The position numbers were made by a program, and so were the translations under genes. From the NCBI GenBank assembly GCA_949298505.1, contig CASFWW010000020.1, positions 15,914-79,913 of the forward strand: a stretch of DNA of 64,000 nucleotides, written 5' to 3'. The DNA is from an uncultured Christensenella sp. Its GTDB lineage: Bacteria; Bacillota; Clostridia; Christensenellales; UBA3700. Position 1 is the first letter of the stretch, and every line of letters starts with the position of its first letter. Positions 46,307 to 56,018 of this stretch are shown one piece after another. Under the pieces are notes generated by a model. That model had not been told where the DNA came from and did not search any database. It saw nothing but the letters and a program-made list of their open reading frames with translations.

Positions 46307-46565
46307 ATCCCTCTCCCTGTTCAGATATTAAACAAAACCGGTTTTGTTTTTATTGGCGGACGAACGTAAAATTTTCAACCGCCGTAAAAATTTTACCATA
46401 TCCGTACGCCCAACGCAAACCGCAGCGGGAACTCCGCGTGGATTTTTTATGCGTTTTCTCTTCCCCGTCATACAAACCGCGCTTCTTGCGGATAATATAA
46501 AAGCGCGTTGCGGTTTACGCGCGCGTATGATACAATATTAACGTTAAACCGCACAAGGAGTTTTT

Positions 46566-46883
46566 ATGAGTTTTTACGACGACGTTTATCAGGTGGTCAA
46601 AGCGATCCCGTCAGGCAAAGTGGCGACTTACGGTCAGATTGCGAGGATACTGGGTTCCCCGCGCGCGTCCCGTGCGGTCGGCTACGCTCTGCACGACAAT
46701 CCGACGCCCGTCCTGATCCCGTGTCACCGGGTCGTCAACCGTTACGGCTCACTGGCACGGGCGTTCGCGTTCGGCGGCATACAGGCTCAGGCGGAACTTC
46801 TCGCGAAAGAAGGGGTGTTCTGCGACGAAAACTATATCGTCGACCTTGAAAAATACCAATGGCAGGAAGGACTGAAATGGTAG
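46566..46883 (+). CDS. MGMT-family DNA-binding domain protein
   Basis: 105 aa. It contains IPSGKVATYGQIA and the active-site-type motif IPCHRVV. Confidence 0.8.
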   Translation: MSFYDDVYQVVKAIPSGKVATYGQIARILGSPRASRAVGYALHDNPTPVLIPCHRVVNRYGSLARAFAFGGIQAQAELLAKEGVFCDENYIVDLEKYQWQEGLKW

Positions 46884-47731
46884 AAAACTATACCGTCACG
46901 GCGGACTTCGACGGCACCGTTGAAAGCGTTCTGCGCGCGGCAGGCTTTTCGGGAACGATGATAACCCAGCTGAGGAAAGAAAAAGGTCTGATCCGCTTAG
47001 TCACTGAAAGCGACGGCGGAAAAGCCGTGTTCGCGACCGCGAAAGTGCGCAAAGGCGAAAAGCTGTACGTCTCCCTCCCCGTCCTTCCCACTCTCTATCC
47101 CGCAAGCGACCTGAGACCCGAGTTTGCCTATCTCGACGAGGACGTCGCCGTCGTCGTCAAGCCGTCAGGCGTGGCAACGGTGCCGGTAAAATCTCATTTC
47201 AAAGACAGTCTTGCAGGAGTGCTCGGCTCTGTGTGGGGAGAGTTCGTATACAGACCGGTCGGGAGACTTGACAAGGACACGTCTGGGCTGATCGCGATCG
47301 CGAGAAACGCGCTTGCCTCCTGCCGCATGCACGAACTTCAGCTGTCCGGCGGCATAGAGAAGAAATATACCGCGCTCGTCAGAGGGATGATCCCGGAAAG
47401 CGGAGAGATCTGCGCGCCGATCGCCCTTTCCGCCGACGGGGTACACCGCGAGGTGTCGGAAAGCGGAAAACCCGCTCTCACCCTTTTCAGACGTCTTGCC
47501 GTGGAGAACGCAAACTCGGTCGCGGAATTCACGCTGATGACGGGAAGAACGCATCAGATCCGCGTACACTCGGCATACATAGGTCACCCGATTGTCGGCG
47601 ACAAGCTTTACGGCGACGGAGAGGGCGCGCCCAGGCTCATGCTGCATTGCTCGCACCTCGCGTTCCCGCATCCGACGACGGGCGAAATAGTGATCGCGGA
47701 CAATCCTTTCGACATCGGCTCCGTTCAATAA
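46877..47731 (+). CDS. RluA-family pseudouridine synthase
   Basis: ATG 46877 follows GGAAGGA and overlaps the previous gene. The catalytic motif is GRLDKDTSGLIAIARN. GRTHQIRVH is also present. Confidence 0.85.
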   Translation: MVENYTVTADFDGTVESVLRAAGFSGTMITQLRKEKGLIRLVTESDGGKAVFATAKVRKGEKLYVSLPVLPTLYPASDLRPEFAYLDEDVAVVVKPSGVATVPVKSHFKDSLAGVLGSVWGEFVYRPVGRLDKDTSGLIAIARNALASCRMHELQLSGGIEKKYTALVRGMIPESGEICAPIALSADGVHREVSESGKPALTLFRRLAVENANSVAEFTLMTGRTHQIRVHSAYIGHPIVGDKLYGDGEGAPRLMLHCSHLAFPHPTTGEIVIADNPFDIGSVQ

Positions 47732-47904
47732 TTCTCTTATCCCACCTGATTTTCCGTCTGAATTTCATTCCACGCTTCTTTCGCTTGCGCCGCTTTTCAA
47801 GGCGCCCTTTGCGGCATATTATTTTCCTGTTGAGGTCAAAATATCCTTTACATATCCGGGATTCAAGCGTACAATATATTCGGTTTAAAGGAGCGTGCTT
47901 CGGT

Positions 47905-49287
47905 ATGGTAAAAGATCTCACACAAGGCAAACCTTCAAAAGTCATACTGATGTTCAGTCTGCCGCTGTTGCTTTCAATGGTATTCCAGCAGCTGTACAAT
48001 ATGGCTGACAGCATCATCGCGGGAAAGATGATCTCCAACAACGCCTTAGCGGCAATAGGCGTTTCGACCCCGGTCACAATGATCTACGTCGCGATCGCCG
48101 TCGGTTGCAGCGGCGGCATAAGCGTCGTCGTCGCAAACCTTTTCGGTCAGCATAAATTCAGATCCGTAAAAACCGCTTCGAGCACCGCTCTGGCGTTCAT
48201 GTTCGTTCTCGCCGCGGTTCTGACCCTCGTGGGCTATTTTATTTCCACCCCTCTCGTAAAACTGTTGCAGACGCCGGTTTCTATACAGGACGACAGTTCC
48301 GCATACCTTGAAATATACACGCTGGGTCTCATCTTCGTGTTTATCTACAATGCGTCCAACGCGATATTCACGGGCATGGGCGACAGCATGACGCCTCTCA
48401 TTCTTCTGATCTGCTCTTCTGTCGGAAACGTGATACTCGACGTCGTGATGGCAAAACCTCTCGGCGTGGCGGGTCTTGCTTACGCGACGCTGATCGCTCA
48501 GGCTGCCGCGGGAATAGTCGCTTTTGTTCTCGTCATCGTAAAAATGAAAAACCTTTCGGACGGCGAAGAAGCCAACCAGCCGCGCCTTCCTTATCTCAAA
48601 CGCACGTTCAACGGCATGATACTGCTCTCAATACTGGCTATCTCTGTGCCCGGCGTGTGCCAGCAATCCTTCGTTTCAGTGGGACAGCTCCTCGTACAGG
48701 GGCTTATCAACGGTTTCGGAGAACAGACGATCGCGGCGTATACGGCGGCGATGAAGATAAACACTTTCTGCATCCAGTGCATTGTCACGACCGCCAACGC
48801 GGTAGCGGCGTTCACCGCGCAGAACATAGGCGCCGGCGATCTCAAACGAGTACGTCAAGGCATGCGCTCGGCAACCGCTCTGCTCTGTACTTTCGCTTTC
48901 ATCATAATCGCGCTGGTTGCGATATTCGCAAAGCCTCTCACAGGATTCTTTATCAACAACAGCGGAGATTCAACAATATCAAGCACTGCCGTAATCGACA
49001 CGGGCGCGAAATTTTTGTGGATAACCTGTCCGTTCTACGTGTTCATTGCGGTAAAGACCGCCGCAGACGGCGTGATAAAGGGCGCAGGCAAACTCTTCCA
49101 GTTCATGATATCCACATGCGTCGACCTTGTGCTCAGAGTCGTGCTGTGTTATGCGCTTGCTCCGTCGCTCGGATTCCTCGGCATATGCATCGCCTGGCCG
49201 ATAGGCTGGGTCATAGGAACGGCTCTCGCCGTGGGCTTCTATCTGTCCAAAGGCTGGCAAAAAAGCAAATTTACCGTCAACGCCTGA
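47905..49287 (+). CDS. MATE-family efflux transporter
   Basis: ATG 47905 follows AAAGGAG. The N-terminus is KVILMFSLPLLLSMVFQQLYNMADSIIAG. It has 12 hydrophobic segments. Confidence 0.9.
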   Translation: MVKDLTQGKPSKVILMFSLPLLLSMVFQQLYNMADSIIAGKMISNNALAAIGVSTPVTMIYVAIAVGCSGGISVVVANLFGQHKFRSVKTASSTALAFMFVLAAVLTLVGYFISTPLVKLLQTPVSIQDDSSAYLEIYTLGLIFVFIYNASNAIFTGMGDSMTPLILLICSSVGNVILDVVMAKPLGVAGLAYATLIAQAAAGIVAFVLVIVKMKNLSDGEEANQPRLPYLKRTFNGMILLSILAISVPGVCQQSFVSVGQLLVQGLINGFGEQTIAAYTAAMKINTFCIQCIVTTANAVAAFTAQNIGAGDLKRVRQGMRSATALLCTFAFIIIALVAIFAKPLTGFFINNSGDSTISSTAVIDTGAKFLWITCPFYVFIAVKTAADGVIKGAGKLFQFMISTCVDLVLRVVLCYALAPSLGFLGICIAWPIGWVIGTALAVGFYLSKGWQKSKFTVNA

Positions 49288-49315
49288 AATCTTCGGCAGG
49301 CAAACAGGAGAAAAC

Positions 49316-49837
49316 ATGCAGAACATGATCATCGCCTTCAGAGAGGTCGCGCCGGACGAGATTCCCTCTTTCGTAAAAGATCTCCAGTCAGCGTTTTCCG
49401 TCGCCGTCATCGAGAATTTCGGAAGCGACGAAATCGTTCCTCCGGACGAAGATATCCTGTCGTCTGTCCGCGCAGAGGACGCGGAGACATATCATATCGT
49501 CGCAGACGGAAAGATTGCGGGCGGCGTCGTGCTCAGGATAGACAACGAAACGAACGTGAATTACCTGGATCTGTTTTTCATCCGCACGGACTGCCATGAC
49601 AAAGGCATCGGGCTTGCCGCCTGGAAAGCTATAGAAAAAAGATATTCTTCCACAGTGAAATGGCGGACAATAACGCCTTATTTCGAGCAGAGGAACATAC
49701 ATTTTTACGTGAACAAATGCGGCTTTAAAATAATCGAATTTTTCAATTCGCGCCACAAAGATCCCGATATGCCGGCTTCGCAGACCGGAGATCCGGCGCA
49801 GGAGACATACTTCCTTTTCGAAAAAGAAATGAAATAA
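49316..49837 (+). CDS. GNAT-family N-acetyltransferase
   Basis: 173 aa. The acetyl-CoA pocket-like segment is HDKGIGLAAWKAIEK. Confidence 0.7.
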   Translation: MQNMIIAFREVAPDEIPSFVKDLQSAFSVAVIENFGSDEIVPPDEDILSSVRAEDAETYHIVADGKIAGGVVLRIDNETNVNYLDLFFIRTDCHDKGIGLAAWKAIEKRYSSTVKWRTITPYFEQRNIHFYVNKCGFKIIEFFNSRHKDPDMPASQTGDPAQETYFLFEKEMK

Positions 49838-49899
49838 AGAAAGACGGAAACCGTTGATGTGCACCCCAAAAGTTAGACACTTTTGGAGGTGCATATTTT

Positions 49900-50304
49900 A
49901 TGGCAAAAAAAGGGCAAAAGCAAAAGAAGTATAGCGCAGAGTTCAAGATATCTGTTATACTGGATATGTTGAACAACAATTTAGGATACGGAGAGACAGT
50001 ACGTAAGTACTGGAACACTCAATGCAGGGCGGAAGAATCGCATTATCGTACAAGGCTTAAATTGTGGGAACGTATATACTTAGAAGAATGAGAAGCCGGA
50101 TTAATGACAGAAAGAAGAGGACGAAAGGGAGCCGGGAGACCGAGAAAACGGACGTTGGATAAAGCGGTAGAAGAAGATCTTATTGCGGAAAACCAGAGGC
50201 TGAAAGAAGAATTGGAATATGCGCAAATAGAGATAGAATACTTAAAAAAATTAGATGCCTTAGTTCGAGCGGAAGAGCGAAAGAACGGCAAAAAGCGGAA
50301 ATAG
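49900..50304 (+). pseudogene. IS3 orfA (HTH) interrupted by an in-frame TGA
   Basis: MAKKGQKQKKYSAEFKISVILDM..WERIYLEE is followed by TGA (50089-50091). The same frame then continues EAGLMTERRGRKGAGRPRK..ENQRLKEELEYAQIEIEYLKKL to TAG at 50304. Confidence 0.75.
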
Positions 50305-51113
50305 TATCTGAGCTAAGGCAAAAATATCCGCTAAACAAAATACTGAGAGTTTGCAAAACGGCAAGGAGCACGTATTATTACTTTTACAAACGGAGAGGAA
50401 AAGACAAATACGAAGCTGAAAAGCAAGATATAGCCGAGATATTCAGAGAAAACAAAGGCAGATACGGATACAGGCGAATAGGAATAGCAATGCGGCAAAA
50501 GGGGTATGAAATAAACCACAAAACCGTATTAAAGCTAATGAAAAGTCTGAATCTCAAAGGAAAACAGCGGAAAAACAAGTATAAATCTTACAAGGGCGAA
50601 GTAGGTAAAGTTGCAGCAAATATTCTTGCAAGAGACTTTAATTGCGAAAGACCGTATGAAAAGCTGACGACAGACATAACGGAATTCAACGTATGCGAAG
50701 AAAAGCTGTATCTGTCTCCCATAATGGATCTGTACAACAGAGAAATACTCTGTTATGAAATATCCGATAGTCCGAACTTCAGACAGACAAGAGAAATGCT
50801 TGCAAAATTAGATAAAGTACTGCCTGAAAACGCAAGACCTATACTCCACTCAGACCAAGGGTGGCAATACCAGATGAAAGAATACCAAAGAATACTTGCA
50901 AAACGCAATATAAAGCAAAGTATGTCAAGGAAGGGAAACTGCCTGGACAACAGTCCTATGGAGAACTTTTTCGGCAGACTTAAAACAGAAATGTACTACG
51001 GCGAAAAATTTGAGACAGTGGACGAATTCGTCCACTGTCTGGAAGAGTATATTCATTACTACAACAATACAAGAATATCTCTCAAATTAAAAGGAATGAG
51101 TCCTGTACAATAA
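50295..51113 (+). CDS. IS3 orfB (DDE/rve transposase domain), -1 frame relative to orfA
   Basis: The frame is open from the slippery site (AEIVSELRQKYPLNKILRVCKTARSTYYY..). The DDE residues lie in TTDITEF, HSDQGWQY and NCLDNSPMENFF. Confidence 0.8.
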   Translation, partial: AEIVSELRQKYPLNKILRVCKTARSTYYYFYKRRGKDKYEAEKQDIAEIFRENKGRYGYRRIGIAMRQKGYEINHKTVLKLMKSLNLKGKQRKNKYKSYKGEVGKVAANILARDFNCERPYEKLTTDITEFNVCEEKLYLSPIMDLYNREILCYEISDSPNFRQTREMLAKLDKVLPENARPILHSDQGWQYQMKEYQRILAKRNIKQSMSRKGNCLDNSPMENFFGRLKTEMYYGEKFETVDEFVHCLEEYIHYYNNTRISLKLKGMSPVQ

Positions 51114-51288
51114 AGAACTCACTCAACTACAATTTAATTAATTTTTTGTCCAACTTTTGGGGTTCACCTCACGTCGCTGAAGCGGCGGTTTTTCCGTTTT
51201 TACGCGCGAAAACGCCCGTCCGCTCTGCCGTACCGCTAAGCAGGCGCTCTCCTTTCACCGCTTTCCGTCTGCCGGCATAAAATGAACC

Positions 51289-52350
51289 ATGGCGACTTTA
51301 AGCGTTACAATGATAGTCAAAAACGAAGAGGACGTGCTCGCCCGCGCGCTGACGTGCGCGAAAAAATTCGCGGACGAGATAATCGTCGCGGACACGGGAA
51401 GCACGGACAAAACCGCAAGCATAGCCGCGTCCTTCGGCGCAAAGGTTTACCCTTTCGAATGGAAAGACGACTTCTCGGCAGCGCGCAACTTCGCTTTTGA
51501 AAAAGCGACCTGCGACTACGTGATGTGGCTGGACGCGGACGACGTGACAGACGACGACAACTGCGACAGGATCCTCGCGCTGAAATCCGTGCTTGACAAC
51601 GCGGATATATGGTATATGAAATACGCTACCGCTTTCGATAAAGACGGAAAACCCACTTTCGAGTACTGGCGGGAAAGAGTTTTCCGCCGCTCCTTAGGAG
51701 CGTGCTGGACAGACCCCGTACACGAAGTCTTTTACGCCGCGGGCACGCGGGAATTTTCTTCCGTTACGGTAAGACACGAAAAACTGCACGCTTCCCCGAG
51801 GCGAAGAAACCTCGATATCTATCTTAAACTCATTTCGTCGGGGGCAACGCTTTCGCCCAGGCAGAAATTCTATTTTGCGAACGAACTGTATTCCAACGAT
51901 CTGCTCCCCCTTGCCGTATCCGCCTATTACGACTTTCTGTCGTCTGACGGAATGACTGAAAACAAGGTTCAGGCGGCTATCAACCTATCGCGTATACGTG
52001 CGGCGCAAGGCGATTTGAACGCCGCTCTTTCAGACCTTGTACGCGCACTCTCTTTCGGAGAGCCCTCAGCGGAACTCTGCGTAGCTCTCGGCAATGTATA
52101 TTATGCTTTAACAAACACGGACGCAGCAATTTTCTGGTATAAGGCGGCTCTCCGTCCTCTTTCCGACAACACGCTTGCTTTCGTGGATATATACTGTTAC
52201 AACTACTACCCGCTCATTCAGCTGGGACTTTGTTATTATAAAAAAGGAGATATCGCCGCCGCTGCCGACTGCACCCGCCGCGCGCTCGACTATAAAAAAG
52301 AAGACGAGACCGCTTTGAACAATCTCGCCTTTTTCGAAAGTCTGCGGTGA
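51289..52350 (+). CDS. Family 2 glycosyltransferase with C-terminal TPR-like region
   Basis: The N-terminal domain is LSVTMIVKNEEDVLARAL..IIVADTGSTDKT..WLDADD (DxD). The C-terminal half is helical-repeat-like. Confidence 0.85.
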   Translation: MATLSVTMIVKNEEDVLARALTCAKKFADEIIVADTGSTDKTASIAASFGAKVYPFEWKDDFSAARNFAFEKATCDYVMWLDADDVTDDDNCDRILALKSVLDNADIWYMKYATAFDKDGKPTFEYWRERVFRRSLGACWTDPVHEVFYAAGTREFSSVTVRHEKLHASPRRRNLDIYLKLISSGATLSPRQKFYFANELYSNDLLPLAVSAYYDFLSSDGMTENKVQAAINLSRIRAAQGDLNAALSDLVRALSFGEPSAELCVALGNVYYALTNTDAAIFWYKAALRPLSDNTLAFVDIYCYNYYPLIQLGLCYYKKGDIAAAADCTRRALDYKKEDETALNNLAFFESLR

Positions 52351-52406
52351 TTATCTGCCTGCGTTCAGGCGGTCATCTCCGCTATGAACTCAACTCTTTA
52401 AAACGG

Positions 52407-52856
52407 TCACTCCACAGGCGCCTTGAAATAAAATGCCCTTCCCTCAAAAGAGATTATAAGCGTATATTCGGCACTGCCGTCCGCATAAGTAGTCTTGCCT
52501 ACGCTCGCGTTGCCCTTTATCCCGTTTTCGTCGGCTATATCATAGATGGTCGACTCTCCCGGTACAGCCTTTTCTAAGGTATAGGTGAAAATCATCTCGT
52601 TTTCTCCGTCCGTTGCGATAAGCTTGCCGTTTCCTGCTTTCGCGGTCATCTCCATAATTTTCGCATCGGGAAAACCTTCCGCAAATTCTTCAGAGCAGAA
52701 GATGACCTCTCCCGTCTCAGACGACTGCGCGAACTTGAACTGCCAGTCGTGATTCTCTACTACGTATTCTTCAGTCTGACAAGCGGTAAGACTGGCGGCA
52801 ACCGACATAACAACCGCCAACATTATAACGGCAACGGTAATTTTGTATTTCTTCAT
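52407..52856 (-). CDS. Small lipoprotein, unknown function
   Basis: The signal is MKKYKITVAVIMLAVVMSVAASLTAC. Confidence 0.65.
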   Translation of the reverse strand: MKKYKITVAVIMLAVVMSVAASLTACQTEEYVVENHDWQFKFAQSSETGEVIFCSEEFAEGFPDAKIMEMTAKAGNGKLIATDGENEMIFTYTLEKAVPGESTIYDIADENGIKGNASVGKTTYADGSAEYTLIISFEGRAFYFKAPVE

Positions 52857-52895
52857 TTTATATTCTCCTTAAACGTTTTTGTTATATATGCTAAA

Positions 52896-53099
52896 TTAAA
52901 ACATTATATCGGATTTGATTTCGACATACTTAGACAAGTTCACGCCTTTGTTCAACTCAGTGACATAAGACTTTTTTAAACCTGCGTACTTAATAATATC
53001 TGCGATCCTTACTTTTTTGTCGCGAATAATTTCACCGTATTTTATCCCGAAAACATGTATCATCAATGCTTTTTCCTTTGAGTAAGTGTTTTCATACAT
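52896..53099 (-). CDS. Small hypothetical protein in an AT-rich islet (start uncertain)
   Basis: The track ORF start at 53099 has no RBS. The internal ATG 53063 (MIHVFGIKYGEIIRDKK..) follows AAAGGAAAAAG and overlaps the stop of a 25-codon upstream ORF in a TGATG arrangement. Confidence 0.4.
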   Translation of the reverse strand: MYENTYSKEKALMIHVFGIKYGEIIRDKKVRIADIIKYAGLKKSYVTELNKGVNLSKYVEIKSDIMF

Positions 53100-53140
53100 A
53101 TTTTTAAAACAGCCGCCAATTCATTAACAGAATAATCCAT
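53063..53140 (-). CDS. 25-codon ORF with strong RBS (HTH-like fragment?)
   Basis: It is below the track cutoff. GGGAGG lies 8 nt upstream of ATG 53140. The peptide is MDYSVNELAAVLKICMKTLTQRKKH. Confidence 0.3.
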   Translation of the reverse strand: MDYSVNELAAVLKICMKTLTQRKKH

Positions 53141-53189
53141 AAACATTTCCTCCCACACGAAATATTATACCACTGTTTAATATCTTTTG

Positions 53190-53966
53190 TCACGACCCCG
53201 TCGACTTGTATCGGCTCAGACCGAACGCGAAAAACGCGTAACAAGGCAACAGGAATACCAGCCCGATAAGAGGCAAGAACGCATACCATAAATCGTCCGT
53301 GCGCCCGACGAGATACAAAAACGGATAATACTGGAAAAGCGCTATCGGGATAACGTAGGTGAAAAAGCGGAGTATCCCCTTGCCGTATATCGACAGCGGA
53401 TATTTGCCGAACTCGCGCGTGCCGTCCGTAAACACATTCATGAACTCCAGCCCCTCCACGGTAAAGAAGCTGATCCCGGCGTACAGTACGAAAAGCGCGG
53501 TATACACGCAGAACCCGCCGGCGATCATGAAGATCAGAGTCATGACCTTGTCGAAAGTCCAGACGACTCCCGACGTCGGGATCGCGTACGCCAGAGTTAT
53601 CACCGCCTGCAAAAATCTGCCTATGCGCGAAAACTCTATCGTAGAGGTAAGCACCTGGAAGATAACGCTCCTGGGGCGTACGAGTATCCTGTCCAGAGTG
53701 CCGCTCTTTATCAGCTTTGGGAAGGTGTCGAAGCCTCTGACAAAACATTCCGCGAGCGAAAACGCGAGAAGCACCGCCGCAAAGCAGATCAGCGCTTCGG
53801 AAAAGGAGTAGCCGTCCACCTGATTGAAGCGGTCGAACATGAAATACACCCCGAAGAACGCCGAAAACGAAACGAGGAACTGCCCCAGTATCGTCATGAA
53901 AAACGAAGTTTTATACTGCATCTGCGATTTCAGAAGGATGGCGACGTATTTGAAGTAAAGTTTCAT
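53190..53966 (-). CDS. ABC-2 type transporter permease
   Basis: 258 aa with six hydrophobic segments. It is adjacent to a second permease and an ATPase. Confidence 0.8.
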   Translation of the reverse strand: MKLYFKYVAILLKSQMQYKTSFFMTILGQFLVSFSAFFGVYFMFDRFNQVDGYSFSEALICFAAVLLAFSLAECFVRGFDTFPKLIKSGTLDRILVRPRSVIFQVLTSTIEFSRIGRFLQAVITLAYAIPTSGVVWTFDKVMTLIFMIAGGFCVYTALFVLYAGISFFTVEGLEFMNVFTDGTREFGKYPLSIYGKGILRFFTYVIPIALFQYYPFLYLVGRTDDLWYAFLPLIGLVFLLPCYAFFAFGLSRYKSTGS

Positions 53967-53967
53967 A

Positions 53968-54771
53968 TCAGCCTCCCTGCACCACCACGCGCCTGAGCGC
54001 GCGCTTTATCCACAGCCTGCCCGCCGCGAACGTGACGACAAGCCAGACCGCCTGCACCGCGACCGCGATCAGTGCGTCCTTTCCCGAAACGTATCCGACG
54101 TAGATCAGAAAAGGCGTGCTCTGCATCGAAGCGAAAGGAAGCAGATTGAACACGGTCTGCACCCCGTCCGGAAAAAACGGCAGCGGTATCACAGCTCCAG
54201 AAAAGAATTCGATCAGCGAGACCGCCAGCACTTTTATCCCCGCCGACGACAGCGTATAGAACGCCGAAATGTAGATCAGCATGGAAATGGACACGATCAG
54301 CAGAAAACCCAGCGTCAGCGAAAGCAGGAACAACAGCGCCGCCGGTACGCCCGCCGGCAAGGATATGTTGTACGGCGCAGGCAAAAACGCGCCGACTATA
54401 AAAATCGGCAAGCATCTCAACAGCGCGCCCGACAACCTCATTGCGGAGTTTTTTGCGAACCACATGTTGTAAAGATCGCACGGACGGCACAGCTCGTACG
54501 CTATGTTCCCGGACGTGATGTTGTCGAATATCTCGCTGTCAAAAAGCCACGGCATGAACATCGCAAGAAGCGCCTGCTGAAGCCACAGATAGGTCGTCAG
54601 CTGAGAAAACTCCATCGGAAAATTTTCGGGCGCGCTGTCGTAAAACGCCTTGTACATCAGTATCGACATGAACCCCCACGCGAACTGAGTGGCCACGCCC
54701 GCCCATGCCGCCGCACGGTACTGAAGCCCCGCGACAAACCTGATTCTGAAAAAAGAAAGGTATTTTCTCAT
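53968..54771 (-). CDS. ABC-2 type transporter permease
   Basis: 267 aa and polytopic. It overlaps the ATPase gene by 4 nt. Confidence 0.8.
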   Translation of the reverse strand: MRKYLSFFRIRFVAGLQYRAAAWAGVATQFAWGFMSILMYKAFYDSAPENFPMEFSQLTTYLWLQQALLAMFMPWLFDSEIFDNITSGNIAYELCRPCDLYNMWFAKNSAMRLSGALLRCLPIFIVGAFLPAPYNISLPAGVPAALLFLLSLTLGFLLIVSISMLIYISAFYTLSSAGIKVLAVSLIEFFSGAVIPLPFFPDGVQTVFNLLPFASMQSTPFLIYVGYVSGKDALIAVAVQAVWLVVTFAAGRLWIKRALRRVVVQGG

Positions 54772-55742
54772 ATACCGAATTCCTTGTAAAGCGAAACCAC
54801 CGTTTCGTCCACAGTCGTGCCCTTGACGGAAATGTCCTTGACTTCGACCGCACCCGATATCGTCGAGATCGCCTCTGCAACGCTGATTTCCGCGGCGTCT
54901 ATCACCACCTCTGCATGCCCGCCGATGTCCTTTGTCACCGTCATTCTCTCAAGCGGCGGCAGTTTTTCGCCGTTATAAGCGACCGTCAGAGTCTTTTTCG
55001 TGCCGTTTCTCGTCTTCAGCTCTTCAAGCGAGCCGTCCAGAAGTATACGCCCTTTGCCGATCAGGATTATTCTCTCCGTCAGCGCCTCTATGTCCTGCAT
55101 GTCGTGCGTCGTGAGAATGACCGTCGTCTTTTTTTCTCTGTTGACCGTCTTTATGAAATCGCGCACCGCGATCTTGGAAACCGCGTCAAGCCCGATCGTC
55201 GGCTCGTCAAGGAAAAGTATCTTCGGACTGTGCAGAAGCGACGCGGCGATCTCGCACCTCATTCTCTGCCCGAGCGAAAGCTGCCTCGCCGGCGTTCTGA
55301 CGATCTCGCCTATCCTGAGAAGTTCGGTCAGCTCCCCGAGAGTTTTCTTGTACTGCGCGTCCGGCACTTTGTATATCTCTTTCAGCAGTTCAAAACTGTC
55401 GACGACCGGCACGTCCCACCACAGCTGGGATCTCTGCCCGAACACTACGCCGATCTCGCGCACGTGCTCCTTTCTGTCCTTCCACGGCACGCGCCCGTTG
55501 ATCACGCACTCTCCGCTGTCGGGAGCCATGATGCCGCTCATGATCTTGACAGTGCTGCTCTTTCCCGCGCCGTTGGGTCCGATGTAGCCGACCATCTCGC
55601 CGTCCCCTATCGTGAAGGTCACGTCGTTCAGCGCGTGTACGTACTCGTATTCTTTTTTGAAAAGCGCCTTCAACGCCTCTTTGAAACCTGCGTTTCGCTT
55701 GGCGACTCTGAACGTCTTGCTCACGTTTTTAAGTTCTATCAC
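54768..55742 (-). CDS. ABC transporter ATP-binding protein
   Basis: Walker A is GPNGAGKSST, the signature is LSLGQRMR, and Walker B is ILFLDEPT. Confidence 0.92.
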   Translation of the reverse strand: MIELKNVSKTFRVAKRNAGFKEALKALFKKEYEYVHALNDVTFTIGDGEMVGYIGPNGAGKSSTVKIMSGIMAPDSGECVINGRVPWKDRKEHVREIGVVFGQRSQLWWDVPVVDSFELLKEIYKVPDAQYKKTLGELTELLRIGEIVRTPARQLSLGQRMRCEIAASLLHSPKILFLDEPTIGLDAVSKIAVRDFIKTVNREKKTTVILTTHDMQDIEALTERIILIGKGRILLDGSLEELKTRNGTKKTLTVAYNGEKLPPLERMTVTKDIGGHAEVVIDAAEISVAEAISTISGAVEVKDISVKGTTVDETVVSLYKEFGI

Positions 55743-56018
55743 GACTTTCCTCCTTCTGCCGGCATACGGGCATTTGAATTTTCAGACTTCGCTTTCCCTG
55801 ATCCCGTGGCACCCTTCCGGCGGAATCTCCTCTCACGCGCGCGCGAGTTATGTGCGCCGCATTCCTTTTTCTCTGCGGTCCTATTCCCCACGCCCGAAAG
55901 CGATAAACAACGAAATGATTATATCACACCCTTTGCCAAATGTAAAGATAACTGACAATTATTTTTTGCATATTTACGGCATGATTTATCTTTACCTTGC
56001 CGATCATACGGACTCCGA

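Larger units (their letters stand above)
49860..51166 (+). mobile_element. IS3-family insertion sequence (about 1.3 kb)
   Basis: The terminal inverted repeats are TGCACCCCAAAAGTTAGACA (left) and TGAACCCCAAAAGTTGGACA (reverse complement of the right end). orfA and orfB have a -1 overlap at CAAAAAG (50289-50295). The element is markedly AT-richer than its flanks. No clear target-site duplication is visible. Confidence 0.85.

Noticed and set aside
50089-50091. TGA in IS3 orfA as selenocysteine or programmed read-through
   Set aside because: No SECIS-like hairpin is obvious immediately downstream, and IS3 orfA proteins are not selenoproteins. A point mutation of GGA is the simpler explanation.
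53104-53748. 214-aa minus ORF overlapping the ABC-2 permease in another frame
   Set aside because: It is Arg/His-rich shadow frame. The permease frame (53190..53966) gives coherent TM helices and operon coupling.
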